Origin: Anaerolineae bacterium
GTDB lineage: Bacteria; Chloroflexota; Anaerolineae; JACIWP01
Assembly: GCA_028275445.1 (NCBI GenBank)
Contig: JAPWUQ010000001.1
Location: 3,161 to 67,160 of the forward strand
Length of the DNA: 64,000 nt
Reading direction: 5' to 3'
Shown: positions 17,603 through 27,463 of the stretch, one piece after another
Layout of the letters: each line of letters starts with the position of its first letter
Numbering within the stretch: position 1 is the first letter of the stretch
Notes under the pieces: generated by a model
What the model was told of the DNA's origin: nothing
Databases searched by the model: none
Seen by the model: the letters and a program-made list of their open reading frames with translations, nothing else
Made by a program: the position numbers and the translations under genes

Positions 17603-18102
17603 GAATCGCGATCCTATCGGACACGCACGACAATATCTGGGTGCTGGAGAAGGTGCTGGACGAGATCGCCGGCGCCGATGCCCTGATCTTTTGCGGGGAT
17701 TTCTGCGCGCCCTTCACCCTGGCCATGATGGCGGAGCGCTTCCGCGGGCACGTCCACTGCGTGGCCGGCAACAACGACGGCGACCCTCTCCTGCTGAGCC
17801 AGGTGGCCGGCCGGGCCGGCAACGTGACCCTGCACGGCGCCTTCGCCGAGCTGACGTTGGGCGGCCGGCGCATCTTCGTGAACCATTACCCGCCCATCGC
17901 GGAGGCGGTGGCCGCCAGCGGGCTGTACGACCTGGTCTGCTATGGGCACAATCATCAGGCGGAGATACGGCGCATCGGGCGCACCCTGCTGGTAAACCCT
18001 GGGGAAGTGATGGGGCGCTTCGGGCATTCGACGTATGCCATCTATGATACGGAGGCCGGCGAGGCCAGCCTGCACGAGGTTCCCTGGCCGGCCGGGGGAT
18101 GA
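17599..18102 (+). CDS. YfcE/MJ0936-family metallophosphoesterase
   Basis: 167 aa. MRIAILSDTHDN...CGDF...GHNHQ are metallophosphoesterase motifs. ATGA overlap with larA. Confidence 0.8.
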   Translation: MRIAILSDTHDNIWVLEKVLDEIAGADALIFCGDFCAPFTLAMMAERFRGHVHCVAGNNDGDPLLLSQVAGRAGNVTLHGAFAELTLGGRRIFVNHYPPIAEAVAASGLYDLVCYGHNHQAEIRRIGRTLLVNPGEVMGRFGHSTYAIYDTEAGEASLHEVPWPAGG

Positions 18103-18173
18103 GCCGGCCCGATAAAACGCTACAGCCCCCGTCGGCGCGCCGGCGGGGGCTGTATAACTTCATGCATCCCGCA

Positions 18174-19643
18174 TCAGGAAAGCTCTTTCAACAGGCCGGT
18201 CTGGGCGTTGAACTCCTGGATCAGCTCGTCAATGACGGACACCTGCTTGTGGATGTTGGACCAGTAGTCGCGGTCGTACCACTGGGCCTGGATCTCCTCG
18301 TAGGTCTTGCCCTGCTGTTCCACCCAGGTATAGTATTTGAGGTTGTGGATGCGCCGGCGGTCCCAGTAGCCCAGCTCCTCCATGAATTCCACGCCCATGC
18401 CCAGCAGGTAGCGGGCGTAATCGGCCGCGGCATGGCGCTCGGTGTACTCGCCGCGCGCCTCGCGCAGTTCCCGCACGCGGCTCTGGTACAGCTCCATGGA
18501 GTCGGTGAGCACGGTCAGCACGATGTCGTTCTCGCCCAGCTCGTACCACTTGGCGAACTTGATGGAGGAGAGCAGGTTGGCGATGCCGGAGATGCCCAGC
18601 AGGTCGAGCTGATTCACCAGGGACTCGGGCACGCCCTGTTTGACCAAGTAGGCGCGGCCGGCCGGCTCGTTGAACAGGCGCACCAGGCTCATGCAGGCCT
18701 CGTCGTCAATGGCCATCACCAGGTCGGTGTTCTTCATATTGTGGATCCAGGGCACGTGCTTGTCGCCGATGCCCTCGATGCGGTGCCCGCCGAAGCCGTT
18801 CAGCAGGAGGGTGGGGCACTGGAGCGCCTCGCTGGCGGCGACTTTGCTGGTAGGGAAGATTTCTTTGAGATAGTCGCCGCAACCGATGGTGCCGGCGGAA
18901 CCGGTGGTCAGCACCACGCCGCGATATTCATCCCGCGGCCCCATTTCCTTTTCCAGCACTTCCTGCATGGCATGGCCGGTGACGTAATAATGCCAGAGGT
19001 GGTTGCCGAACTCGTCGAACTGGTTGAAAATGACCACGTCATTGCGGGTGCGGCGAAGCTCCCAGCACTTGTCGAAGATTTCCTTGACGTTGCTCTCACA
19101 GCCGGGGGTGGCGATGACCTCGCCGGCCAGGCGCGACAGCCATTCGAAGCGCTCCCGGCTCATCTCCTCCGGCAGGATGGCGATGGAATCGCACCCCAGC
19201 AGAACGGAGTTGTACGCGCCGCCGCGGCAGAAGTTGCCGGTGGAGGGCCAGACCGCTTTCTGCCAGGTGGGGTCAAACTGGCCGGTCACCAACCGCGGCA
19301 CCAGACAGCCAAAGGTAGCGCCGACCTTGTGCGCGCCGGTGGGGAACCATTTGCCGACCAGGGCGATGATGCGGGCCGGCACACCGGTCAGTGAAGACGG
19401 GAACTCGATGTAGTTGACGCCGTTGAAGCCGCCGCCGAAGGGTACCGGCTCGTTCTTCCAGGTGATGCGGAAGAGGTTCAGGGGGTTGACGTCCCACAGG
19501 CCGACTTTCTTGAGCTGGGCCTTGATGGCATCGGGGATGAGGTCCGGGTTGCGCTGTTGCTCGAAGGTGGGGATGATGATGCGGCGCTCGCGAGCGCGCT
19601 GGACGGCACGGCGCAGGACTTCCTGGTTGATGGTCAGGTCCAT
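18174..19643 (-). CDS. PLP-dependent enzyme of the TrpB-like (fold-type II) superfamily. An unusually long 489-aa paralogue of unknown specificity.
   Basis: PTGAHKVGATFGCLV aligns with the TrpB HTGAHKINNALGQ motif around the PLP lysine. TTGSAGTIGCGDY aligns with the TrpB GGGSNA(I/M)G loop. It carries long N- and C-terminal extensions. Confidence 0.75.
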   Translation of the reverse strand: MDLTINQEVLRRAVQRARERRIIIPTFEQQRNPDLIPDAIKAQLKKVGLWDVNPLNLFRITWKNEPVPFGGGFNGVNYIEFPSSLTGVPARIIALVGKWFPTGAHKVGATFGCLVPRLVTGQFDPTWQKAVWPSTGNFCRGGAYNSVLLGCDSIAILPEEMSRERFEWLSRLAGEVIATPGCESNVKEIFDKCWELRRTRNDVVIFNQFDEFGNHLWHYYVTGHAMQEVLEKEMGPRDEYRGVVLTTGSAGTIGCGDYLKEIFPTSKVAASEALQCPTLLLNGFGGHRIEGIGDKHVPWIHNMKNTDLVMAIDDEACMSLVRLFNEPAGRAYLVKQGVPESLVNQLDLLGISGIANLLSSIKFAKWYELGENDIVLTVLTDSMELYQSRVRELREARGEYTERHAAADYARYLLGMGVEFMEELGYWDRRRIHNLKYYTWVEQQGKTYEEIQAQWYDRDYWSNIHKQVSVIDELIQEFNAQTGLLKELS

Positions 19644-19850
19644 AGCAATACCTCCGTAAAGTGAAGAGATCAGGGTTTCTGAACAATTTGGTCCAGAAGG
19701 TTAAGAGAGCCGGCGGCCCCAGCCCATTTGTCTGAGGTCTGACATATTATACCATGCAAGTGCGGGGACGTCAAACCGAGGGGATGGGGCCGGCGGTTGG
19801 CTCTCCTCCCGCGTGCAGGGAGGGGCTATCTTCTCCACCGACCCTCTGCT

Positions 19851-19878
19851 TTGCGCTTCCCATGCCCCGGGGTATAAT
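19851..19878 (+). promoter_or_regulatory. Promoter for dinG (TTGCGC-N16-TATAAT)
   Basis: cTTGCGCttcccatgccccggggTATAATacg. Confidence 0.4.
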
Positions 19879-19950
19879 ACGTGGGCGACCTGTGGACAGG
19901 CACAGGATCACCTGGAACGGGGCCGCGCGCCCCCTAGAATCGAAGGCATC

Positions 19951-22794
19951 GTGGAGCAGGAAACCTACGTCGCGCTGGACCTGGAGACCACCGGGCTTTC
20001 TCCAGAGCGAGACCGCATCATTGAGATCGGGATGGTGAAGTTCACGCCCCAGGGCGTGCTGGACACCTTCGCCACCTTTGTGAACCCTGGCCGGCCCATC
20101 CCCTTCCAGATCACCCAGCTCACCGGCATCCGGGATCGCGATGTGCGCGACGCGCCGACCCTGGAGACCCTCCTGCCTGCCATCCGCTCCTTCATCGGCA
20201 AAAGCACCCTGATCGGGCACAACATCGGGTTCGACATCTCGTTCCTGGCGGCCGCCGGCCTGCGCCTGCGCAATCCCTCGATCGACACCTTCGCCCTGGC
20301 CGGCATCGTCTGGCCGCACGCCGCCCGCTATAACCTGGCCACCCTGGCCGCGGAAATGGGCATTACCCCGCAGGCTTCCCACCGCGCCTTGGAGGACGCG
20401 GACACCGCCCGGCAGTTGTTCCTGGCACTGCTGGAGCGCGCCCGCCAGCTCCCGCTCAGCCTGATCCAGGACATCAACCGCCTGGCCGAGGGGACCGGCT
20501 GGCCGCTGGCCGGCATCTTCCGCTCCATCGAACATGCGCGCACCCGCAGTGGTTTCGCCCGCGCCACCCTGGCGGACCAACTGCGCGCCAAGGGCCTGCT
20601 GGATGACAGCGGGGCGGTAGCCCTGCTGGAAGATGTCGAGGCGGTGGAGGAAGTAACGCCGGCGCCGGACCTGGTTTCTTTCGACATCGAAGCGCAAAAG
20701 GCGCTCTTCCTGCCCGACGGCCTGCTGGCACAGCAGTTCCCCGGCTATGAGTTCCGCCCCCAACAGGTGACCATGCTCGAGGCGGTGGCGGAGACACTGC
20801 GGGACGGCGGGGTGCTGATGATCGAGGCCGGCACCGGCACCGGCAAAACCCTGGCGTACCTGGTGCCGGCGGCCTACTACGCCGTGTCGCAGGGCAAGCG
20901 CGTCGTCATCTCCACCAACACCATTAACCTGCAGGACCAAATTTATCAGAAGGATATCCCTGACCTCCAGCGCATCCTGCCCTTCCCGTTCCGCGCGGCG
21001 GTGCTCAAAGGCCGATCCAACTACCTTTGCCTGCGCAAGCTCCAGACCATGAAGCAGTCCCGGCAGTTGTCCGCCGATGAGGTGCATGCTCTGGTGCGCA
21101 TCCTCATCTGGGCGCAGAGCACGGCCACCGGCGACCAGGCGGAGCTGATGCTCCCCAACGACACCGATAAAGCGGTCTGGTCGTACCTCTCGGCGGAATC
21201 CGAGACCTGCTTGAACGAGGAATGCCGGTACTTTCAGCGCGGCAGTTGCTTCCTTCAGCGGGCACGCCAGCGGGCCGCCGGCTCTCACCTCATCATCGTC
21301 AACCATTCCCTCCTGCTGGCCGACGCGGCCGTCGAGAACGCGGTCCTGCCGGAATATGACTGCCTGATCGTGGACGAGGCCCATCACCTGGAGGACGCTA
21401 CCACCAAACAGCTCAGCTTTCATGTCTCTCAGCCGGCCATCGAGCAGGAGCTGGGCTGGCTGACCGGCTCCTCTCGCGGGCGCGGCTTTCAAGGGCTTTT
21501 GCATGAGGCAGTTGCCCTGCTCTCCCCGCATCTGGCGCCGGATTCGCGTGCGGAGCTGATGCGGTTAAGCCAGGAGATCGCCGGCCTCGCCGAGCAGGTG
21601 CGCGACGCCGCGCAGTCGCTTTTCTCGTCCCTGGCGGCCTTCGCCGAGCACCAGAACGATACCTCGGGGGATTACAGCCTGCGCCTGCGCATCACCGATG
21701 CCCTGCGGGTCCAGCCGCGCTGGTCCCAGATCGAGATAATGTGGGACAATACGGCAGTGCTGATCAGCGGACTGCGGGAGCGCCTGCGCCGGCTGGGGCA
21801 GATGGCGGTGGAAGCAGCCTCCCTGGACGACGTGGAAGGTCTGCCGGAGCTCATCCGCGACCTGGCCGGCCGCGCCGAATTCTGGAACCTGATCCAGTCG
21901 GAAGTCACCGCCATATTGACAAGCTCGCGTGCCAATCGGGTGGACTGGCTGGAAATACTGCCGGAGGCCAACACCGCCTCCCTGCACTCCGCGCCCCTGC
22001 ATGTGGGGGAGATGATTTACGAGTATCTGCTGAGCCGCCGGCATGCGGTGGTGTTCACCTCCGCGACCCTGCGCGCCGGCGAGGATTTCTCCTTCCTGCG
22101 CGAGCGGCTGGGCATCCTCGATGCCCGCGAGGTGGCGCTGGATTCGCCCTTTGACTACCGCGCCTCCACGCTCATCTACTGCCCGACGGACATGCCGGAG
22201 CCGTCCCAGCCCTTCTACCTGGCCAGCGTGGCGCGGGCCATCGAGCAGGTGGCGCTGGCCCTGCGCGGCCGCACGTTGGTGCTCTTCACCTCGTACCACC
22301 AACTGCGCAAGGCGCTGGAGCTGGTGGGGCCGGCCCTGCACGAGGCCGGCATCACCATCCTGGCACAGGGCAATGGGTCTTCCCGCACCCAGCTCCTCCA
22401 GCAGTTCAAGGAAAGCTCCGATACGGTGCTCTTCGGCACGCGCAGTTTCTGGGAGGGCATTGATGTGGTGGGGCCGGCGCTGAGCTGTGTCATTATCACC
22501 CGCCTGCCCTTCGCCGTGCCTACCGAACCCATCTTCGAGGCGCGTTCCGAAGCCTTCGAAGACCCCTTCCAGCAGTACTCGGTGCCCGATGCCATCCTGC
22601 GTTTCCGCCAGGGGTTCGGCCGGCTGATCCGCAGTCACACCGATCGCGGTGTGGTCGTCATCCTGGACCGCCGCGTGCTCAGCAAGCGCTACGGTCAGAT
22701 GTTCCTCAAAGCCCTGCCTTCCTGCACGGTCGAGCACGGCCCGCTGGACTTCGTCGGCCACCGCGCCGCCCAATGGGTCGGGTCACGGAGCTGA
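19951..22794 (+). CDS. dinG: DinG-family ATP-dependent helicase with an N-terminal DnaQ-like 3'-5' exonuclease domain
   Basis: The exonuclease domain carries the DEDDh motifs (ALDLETTGL...GHNIGFDISFL...HRALEDA). The helicase domain carries FRPQQ...GTGTGKTLAYL...DEAHHL, then a C-terminal RecA-like part. The start is set at the GTG at 19951, downstream of the promoter; the ATG at 19813 lies upstream of the promoter. Confidence 0.8.
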   Translation: MEQETYVALDLETTGLSPERDRIIEIGMVKFTPQGVLDTFATFVNPGRPIPFQITQLTGIRDRDVRDAPTLETLLPAIRSFIGKSTLIGHNIGFDISFLAAAGLRLRNPSIDTFALAGIVWPHAARYNLATLAAEMGITPQASHRALEDADTARQLFLALLERARQLPLSLIQDINRLAEGTGWPLAGIFRSIEHARTRSGFARATLADQLRAKGLLDDSGAVALLEDVEAVEEVTPAPDLVSFDIEAQKALFLPDGLLAQQFPGYEFRPQQVTMLEAVAETLRDGGVLMIEAGTGTGKTLAYLVPAAYYAVSQGKRVVISTNTINLQDQIYQKDIPDLQRILPFPFRAAVLKGRSNYLCLRKLQTMKQSRQLSADEVHALVRILIWAQSTATGDQAELMLPNDTDKAVWSYLSAESETCLNEECRYFQRGSCFLQRARQRAAGSHLIIVNHSLLLADAAVENAVLPEYDCLIVDEAHHLEDATTKQLSFHVSQPAIEQELGWLTGSSRGRGFQGLLHEAVALLSPHLAPDSRAELMRLSQEIAGLAEQVRDAAQSLFSSLAAFAEHQNDTSGDYSLRLRITDALRVQPRWSQIEIMWDNTAVLISGLRERLRRLGQMAVEAASLDDVEGLPELIRDLAGRAEFWNLIQSEVTAILTSSRANRVDWLEILPEANTASLHSAPLHVGEMIYEYLLSRRHAVVFTSATLRAGEDFSFLRERLGILDAREVALDSPFDYRASTLIYCPTDMPEPSQPFYLASVARAIEQVALALRGRTLVLFTSYHQLRKALELVGPALHEAGITILAQGNGSSRTQLLQQFKESSDTVLFGTRSFWEGIDVVGPALSCVIITRLPFAVPTEPIFEARSEAFEDPFQQYSVPDAILRFRQGFGRLIRSHTDRGVVVILDRRVLSKRYGQMFLKALPSCTVEHGPLDFVGHRAAQWVGSRS

Positions 22795-22795
22795 T

Positions 22796-25639
22796 ATGCG
22801 TCCCCTGTGCCCGCGCGCTGCCCGGCTCCTCTCACGACGGGATGCCCCGCCGGCCGGCATCTTGCTGGCCGGCCTGCTCCTGCGCCTGCTCCGCCTGAAC
22901 TTCCAGCCGCTCTGGTTCGACGAAGGCTACAGCTTCTACTTCGCTCATCTGCCGGTGCCGGCACTGCTGGCCGCCACGGCGGTGGACATTCACCCGCCGC
23001 TATATTACCTGGTGCTGAAGGCCTGGCTGGCGCTCACCGATCCCCTCCTGCCGGCGGTCATCGGCGCGCGCCTGCTTTCCGTGCTGTGGGGCACAGCAAC
23101 CATCCCGCTCCTGTGGGCCATCGGCCGGCGCCTTGGCCGGGGGCGCGCCGGCCTGCTGGCCGCCGGCCTGCTGGCCATCTCCCCGTTCCATATCTATTAC
23201 TCGCAAGAAGTGCGCATGTACGGCATGGTGACCTGCCTGGGCGCCCTGGGGGTGTGGCTGACCCTGGAGGCGCTGGAGCGCCGGCAGGCCGTCTGGTGGG
23301 CCGGCGCCGGCCTGGCGCTGTTGGCCGCCCTGTACACGCAGTATTACGCCGTCTTCATCGTCCTGGCGCTGACGATTTTCCTGGCCGTGAGCCGGCGCGG
23401 CCGAGAGGCCTGGCGCGCCTGGGGCGCGGTGCTGGCCGGCATCACCCTGGCCTATCTGCCCTGGGTATGGTACACCGCGCCGCGCCTGATCACCTACGTG
23501 CGGTACAAGGTGAGCATGGACAAAGACCTGCCCCTGGCGCCGTGGGAGTTCCTGCGGCGCGTCCTGCTGGCATACGGCGCCGGCCATCTGGAGGGCCGTT
23601 GGCAGAACTGGTGGCCGGCGGGGCTGGTGCCGACGGTTCTCGTGCTGGCCGGCGCGGCCTGGCTCCTGCTCCGCAGGCGCCGGCATCCAGCGCAGGGGAC
23701 GATCCTGGCGCTGGGCCTCTCCTGGTGGTTGATCCCCTGGCTGGGCGGGTATCTCATCAACCTTATCGCCCCCTTCAATCCGCCGCGCAGTGAGCGGTTG
23801 GAGCTGATCGCTTTGCCGGCCTTCCTCCTGCTGGGCGGCGAGGCGCTGGCGGCCGCCCTGGAGCAGGCCCGGCCGGCAGTACGCCGCACTGCCCTGGCCG
23901 GCCTGGCGCTGTGCGTGGTCACCGCCGGCCTCTCCCTGGCCGGTTTTTACACCGTGCCGCGCTATCCGCAGGAGGACTACCGCGACATCGCCCAATTCAT
24001 CGCCGCGCGGGGCCGGCCGGATGACGCCGTCATCTGCGTTTTCCCCTGGCAGGTCGGGTATTTCCAGGCCTATTTGGACTCGCCGCCGGCGCTGATCGAG
24101 ACCCCCTCGCAGATATACCCGCAGGCGCGCCAGTTTTGGGCGGATGACCCGGCGCGCATGGCGCGGGAGCTGGATGCCCTCCTGCAGGAGCACGGCCGGC
24201 TGTGGATGCCGGCGTACCTCACCACCGGCAGTCGGCTGGAAGGGATGGCGCTCGATTATCTGGACGCGCATGCCGTGCGCGCCTACAGCCGCTGGTACGG
24301 CACGACGCTGTTGACCATGTACGTCCCTGTGCCGGCGCTCGTGCCGTCTGCCGGCGGTGTGGATTTCGCCGGCGTCGTGCGGGCGGCGGACATCCTCCTC
24401 AGCAGTGAACCTCTCCCGTCCGCATATGGCAGTGCAGTGGTGCAGGTGACGTGGCAGAGCGCCGTGCGGCCGGACGAGGATTATCACATCGTCTTTCGGC
24501 TGGCCGATGACCGGGGCCGCACCTGGGCGCAGTGGGACCGGGAGCCGCTCTGGGGCCGGCGGCCCTTTTCCGCCTGGGGAGCGGGGGACCGCCTCACGGA
24601 GCGCTACGGCCTTCTGCTGGATGCCGGCCTGCCCCCAGGCACATATCAGCTCCGGCTGAGCCTGCGCCGGCCGGACGGGACCCCCCTGCCGGTCCAGAGC
24701 GCGTCCTCGACGGAAATCCCTACGGAGGCACTGCTGGGCGCGGTGGAAGTGACGCGGCCGGCCCAGCCGGTGCCGCCGGCGGCGGTGGCGGCGCCGCACC
24801 AGGTCCGGGCCGACCTGGGGGGAGCCGTGCGGCTGATCGCGTATGATCTGCCGCCGGCGCCCTGGAAACCGGGGGATACCGTTGAGATCCTCCTGTTCTG
24901 GCAGTGCCTGAACGCGCCCGGGGAAGAGCTGGTGACCTTCGTCCAGCTCCTGGACCGGGAGGGCCGGCTGATGGCCGCCGCCGAGATGCCCCCCACCGCC
25001 GGCTTTTTCCCGACATCCCGCTGGCAGGCCGGCGATATCATTCGCGACCGTCAGGAGCTGACCCTGCCGGCCGCCCTGCCGGATGGGACGTACCAGCTTA
25101 TCGCCGGCTTGTTCCGCGCCTCGGACCGGGCGCGTCTCCCCGTGACGGCGGGATTGGGCCGCGGCAGAGATTATGTCCCATTGGGGCGCGTGGGCGTGGT
25201 GGGCCGGCCTCATTCCTTCACGCCGCCGCAGGCGGCCCAGCCCATGAACGTGCGCTTCGGCGACCTGGCGGAGCTGGTGGGCTATGATTGGCGCATCCAG
25301 CCGTCCGCCGGCGGGCCGTACCTGGCACTGACGCTGTACTGGCATGCTCTGCGCGATGGGGATCGGCGGTATAAGGTCTTTGTGCACGCCTTCGACGACC
25401 AGGGAGTGATGGTCGGCCAGCATGACGGTGTGCCCGGCGCCGGCCAGTTTCCCACCAGCGGCTGGGTGGCCGGCGAGTATATCGCGGACGAGCATCCGGT
25501 GCTTCTGCCGGCGGGCTTCGCGACAGACCATCTGGGGAAATTATGGGTGGGGCTGTACGACGATACGGGGCGTCTGCCGGCCTTTACCTCCGACGGCCGG
25601 CCGCTCGGCGATCATGTGGAGATCACCCTCGCCCGGTAG
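22796..25639 (+). CDS. Glycosyltransferase family 39 (ArnT/PMT-like) membrane protein with three tandem C-terminal beta-domain repeats of about 125 aa
   Basis: The N-terminal polytopic region has the GT39 DE motif (PLWFDEGYSFYFA). The C-terminal 400 aa consist of three related repeats (..RLIAYDLPP..W.PGDT..I.L.W....P.........L.D..G....Q.D..P.....PTS.W..G..I.D......P..LP.G.Y.L..GL...). Confidence 0.8.
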   Translation: MRPLCPRAARLLSRRDAPPAGILLAGLLLRLLRLNFQPLWFDEGYSFYFAHLPVPALLAATAVDIHPPLYYLVLKAWLALTDPLLPAVIGARLLSVLWGTATIPLLWAIGRRLGRGRAGLLAAGLLAISPFHIYYSQEVRMYGMVTCLGALGVWLTLEALERRQAVWWAGAGLALLAALYTQYYAVFIVLALTIFLAVSRRGREAWRAWGAVLAGITLAYLPWVWYTAPRLITYVRYKVSMDKDLPLAPWEFLRRVLLAYGAGHLEGRWQNWWPAGLVPTVLVLAGAAWLLLRRRRHPAQGTILALGLSWWLIPWLGGYLINLIAPFNPPRSERLELIALPAFLLLGGEALAAALEQARPAVRRTALAGLALCVVTAGLSLAGFYTVPRYPQEDYRDIAQFIAARGRPDDAVICVFPWQVGYFQAYLDSPPALIETPSQIYPQARQFWADDPARMARELDALLQEHGRLWMPAYLTTGSRLEGMALDYLDAHAVRAYSRWYGTTLLTMYVPVPALVPSAGGVDFAGVVRAADILLSSEPLPSAYGSAVVQVTWQSAVRPDEDYHIVFRLADDRGRTWAQWDREPLWGRRPFSAWGAGDRLTERYGLLLDAGLPPGTYQLRLSLRRPDGTPLPVQSASSTEIPTEALLGAVEVTRPAQPVPPAAVAAPHQVRADLGGAVRLIAYDLPPAPWKPGDTVEILLFWQCLNAPGEELVTFVQLLDREGRLMAAAEMPPTAGFFPTSRWQAGDIIRDRQELTLPAALPDGTYQLIAGLFRASDRARLPVTAGLGRGRDYVPLGRVGVVGRPHSFTPPQAAQPMNVRFGDLAELVGYDWRIQPSAGGPYLALTLYWHALRDGDRRYKVFVHAFDDQGVMVGQHDGVPGAGQFPTSGWVAGEYIADEHPVLLPAGFATDHLGKLWVGLYDDTGRLPAFTSDGRPLGDHVEITLAR

Positions 25640-25646
25640 GGGCCTG

Positions 25647-26390
25647 TTATTCCTCTCGCTCTGCCACCAGGAAGTGGGACAATCCGAAGAAGCGCAGAGG
25701 GGTGCGCTCCAAGAAGTGGAAGAGGGCGCGTATCAGCCGGCCGGCGCGCGGCCAGCGCGCCACCAGGTTGTCAAAGCCGGGGTAAATCTGGGTGTGGTAC
25801 ACGATACGCAGGGGCGTGCCGGCCAGCAGGCCGCGGATTTGCCGGCGCGTGTATGCCCGGGCATGCGGACAAAGGCGGTTCCGCCAGCGGTCCGGCAGGT
25901 AATTGACCAGCGGGATGTTGCCGAAGTGATAGCGGCCGCGCCACTCGATGCCGTGGGTCTCGAAGGGGTACCAGCGGTTGGGGACGAAGATGATCACGCG
26001 GCCGCCGGGCCGTACACAGCGCGCCATCTCCTGTACAGCGCGCCGGTCATCCGCCACATGCTCCAGCACCTCGTGGGAAAAGATGACGTCGAAGGATGCC
26101 GGCGCGAAGGGCAGGGATTCCACCGCGGCCACACATACCCGTCTGGTCACCGCAAGCGCCTCGGCGGCGCGATCCGCCTCGATCTCCACGCCGTACGCCG
26201 CCGCGCCGCGCCCTTGAAAGGCGGCCATATAGGTGCCCACGCCACAGCCGGCGTCCAGCACGCGCTGGCCCTGCAGTCCTGCCCACCGCTCCACCAGAGC
26301 CAGCCGGCGCTCCTGGCCGGCGCGCCATACAAAGCTGGGCGCCCCGCGCCGCTGGAATGTCTCCTGGATGGAACCCGCACGGCTTGTCAT
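25647..26390 (-). CDS. Class I SAM-dependent methyltransferase
   Basis: Motif I VLDAGCGVGTY. Start at the ATG at 26390, overlapping the upstream stop by ATGA. Confidence 0.8.
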   Translation of the reverse strand: MTSRAGSIQETFQRRGAPSFVWRAGQERRLALVERWAGLQGQRVLDAGCGVGTYMAAFQGRGAAAYGVEIEADRAAEALAVTRRVCVAAVESLPFAPASFDVIFSHEVLEHVADDRRAVQEMARCVRPGGRVIIFVPNRWYPFETHGIEWRGRYHFGNIPLVNYLPDRWRNRLCPHARAYTRRQIRGLLAGTPLRIVYHTQIYPGFDNLVARWPRAGRLIRALFHFLERTPLRFFGLSHFLVAEREE

Positions 26391-27157
26391 CTTTCTATCC
26401 TTTCGCCGGCGCCGTCGCCATCGTTCAGCCGGGCGTACAGGTCGCACAGGCTGTGATAGAGGCGCTGGCAGGTCTGCTGAATGCCCTCGCGCGGCCCCCG
26501 GCCGTCCTCATAGAACACTGCCGTGCCGGCCAGGATCTGCCGGCGGCCGGCGTGCACCGCAATGGGATAGACCGGCAGTCGTCCGCCGAATTCCCGCTCG
26601 TACATGCGGCATAACCCCACGAAACCACAGCGAAAATGATGGATGCCCAGCTCCGGGTGCGCCGGCTGGAGGTTGTCCTCCGGGAAGATGAGCAGTATCT
26701 GGCCCTCGGCCAGGAGTTGAAGACTGCGGCGGAAGGCGCTGATGGTGCGATCGCGGTTCTGGTCCACCGGCACACTGCCGATGCCGTTGATGATGCCTAC
26801 GGCGATGCGCGCCACGATGTGGGAGACCAGCATGCCGGCCGGCCCGGAGAGCCCCCAGACGGGATGGACGAAATCGTCATATAGGTAGCGGGGCGCCCGG
26901 CGCGGGTCGGTCATTTCGCCGATGACCCAGGGATACAGGCGCTGGGGCAGGGAAAGGATGGCCTCCACCGGGCCGATACTGCCCAGATGATTGGCAATGA
27001 TGATCGCCGGCCCCTGCGCCGGCAGGCGGTGCAGGCCAATCACCCGATAGCGAAACGGACGGCCCAACAGTTTCAGGAGGCGGTACAGGCGATCCGGGTG
27101 ACGATGTGTTGGCATGGATGCAGAAGGCCCCCTCATGACAGCCGGCTTCGGCGGCAT
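26387..27157 (-). CDS. Lysophospholipid acyltransferase (PlsC-like) family protein
   Basis: 256 aa. AIIIANHLGSIGP, FPEDN and PVYPIAVH blocks are consistent with the 1-acylglycerol-3-phosphate acyltransferase fold. The catalytic HX4D is not canonical, so the call is tentative. Confidence 0.6.
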   Translation of the reverse strand: MPPKPAVMRGPSASMPTHRHPDRLYRLLKLLGRPFRYRVIGLHRLPAQGPAIIIANHLGSIGPVEAILSLPQRLYPWVIGEMTDPRRAPRYLYDDFVHPVWGLSGPAGMLVSHIVARIAVGIINGIGSVPVDQNRDRTISAFRRSLQLLAEGQILLIFPEDNLQPAHPELGIHHFRCGFVGLCRMYEREFGGRLPVYPIAVHAGRRQILAGTAVFYEDGRGPREGIQQTCQRLYHSLCDLYARLNDGDGAGERIER

Positions 27158-27228
27158 GCATGGGCCTTATCTTAAAGAATTTCGGCGGCTTTGGCAAGTC
27201 TGGTGGGTGGAAGGTTGGGGCTGGATAG

Positions 27229-27414
27229 TCACGCCGGCGGGGAGCCCAGCAGTCGCGCCAGCGCCAGGCGCACCAGGTCGGAGATGCTGAGATGCCGGCG
27301 CGTGGCTTCCAGCTCCAGCTCCCGCAGTTCGTCCAGGCTGACGCGGAAGGAAACCATTTTGGAGCGCGAGCGGACGGGCCGGTGGATCCAGCGCTGTTCG
27401 CCGTAGCGGTTCAT
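27229..27414 (-). CDS. Ribbon-helix-helix (CopG-like) DNA-binding protein
   Basis: 61 aa. KMVSFRVSLDELRELELEATRRHLSISDLVRLALARLL is an RHH beta-strand plus two helices. AGGAGGG RBS. Confidence 0.5.
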   Translation of the reverse strand: MNRYGEQRWIHRPVRSRSKMVSFRVSLDELRELELEATRRHLSISDLVRLALARLLGSPPA

Positions 27415-27463
27415 CTTCTCCCTCCTTTCGGCCGCTGGTGGGCGCCCGAGGTCCCTGCATGAA

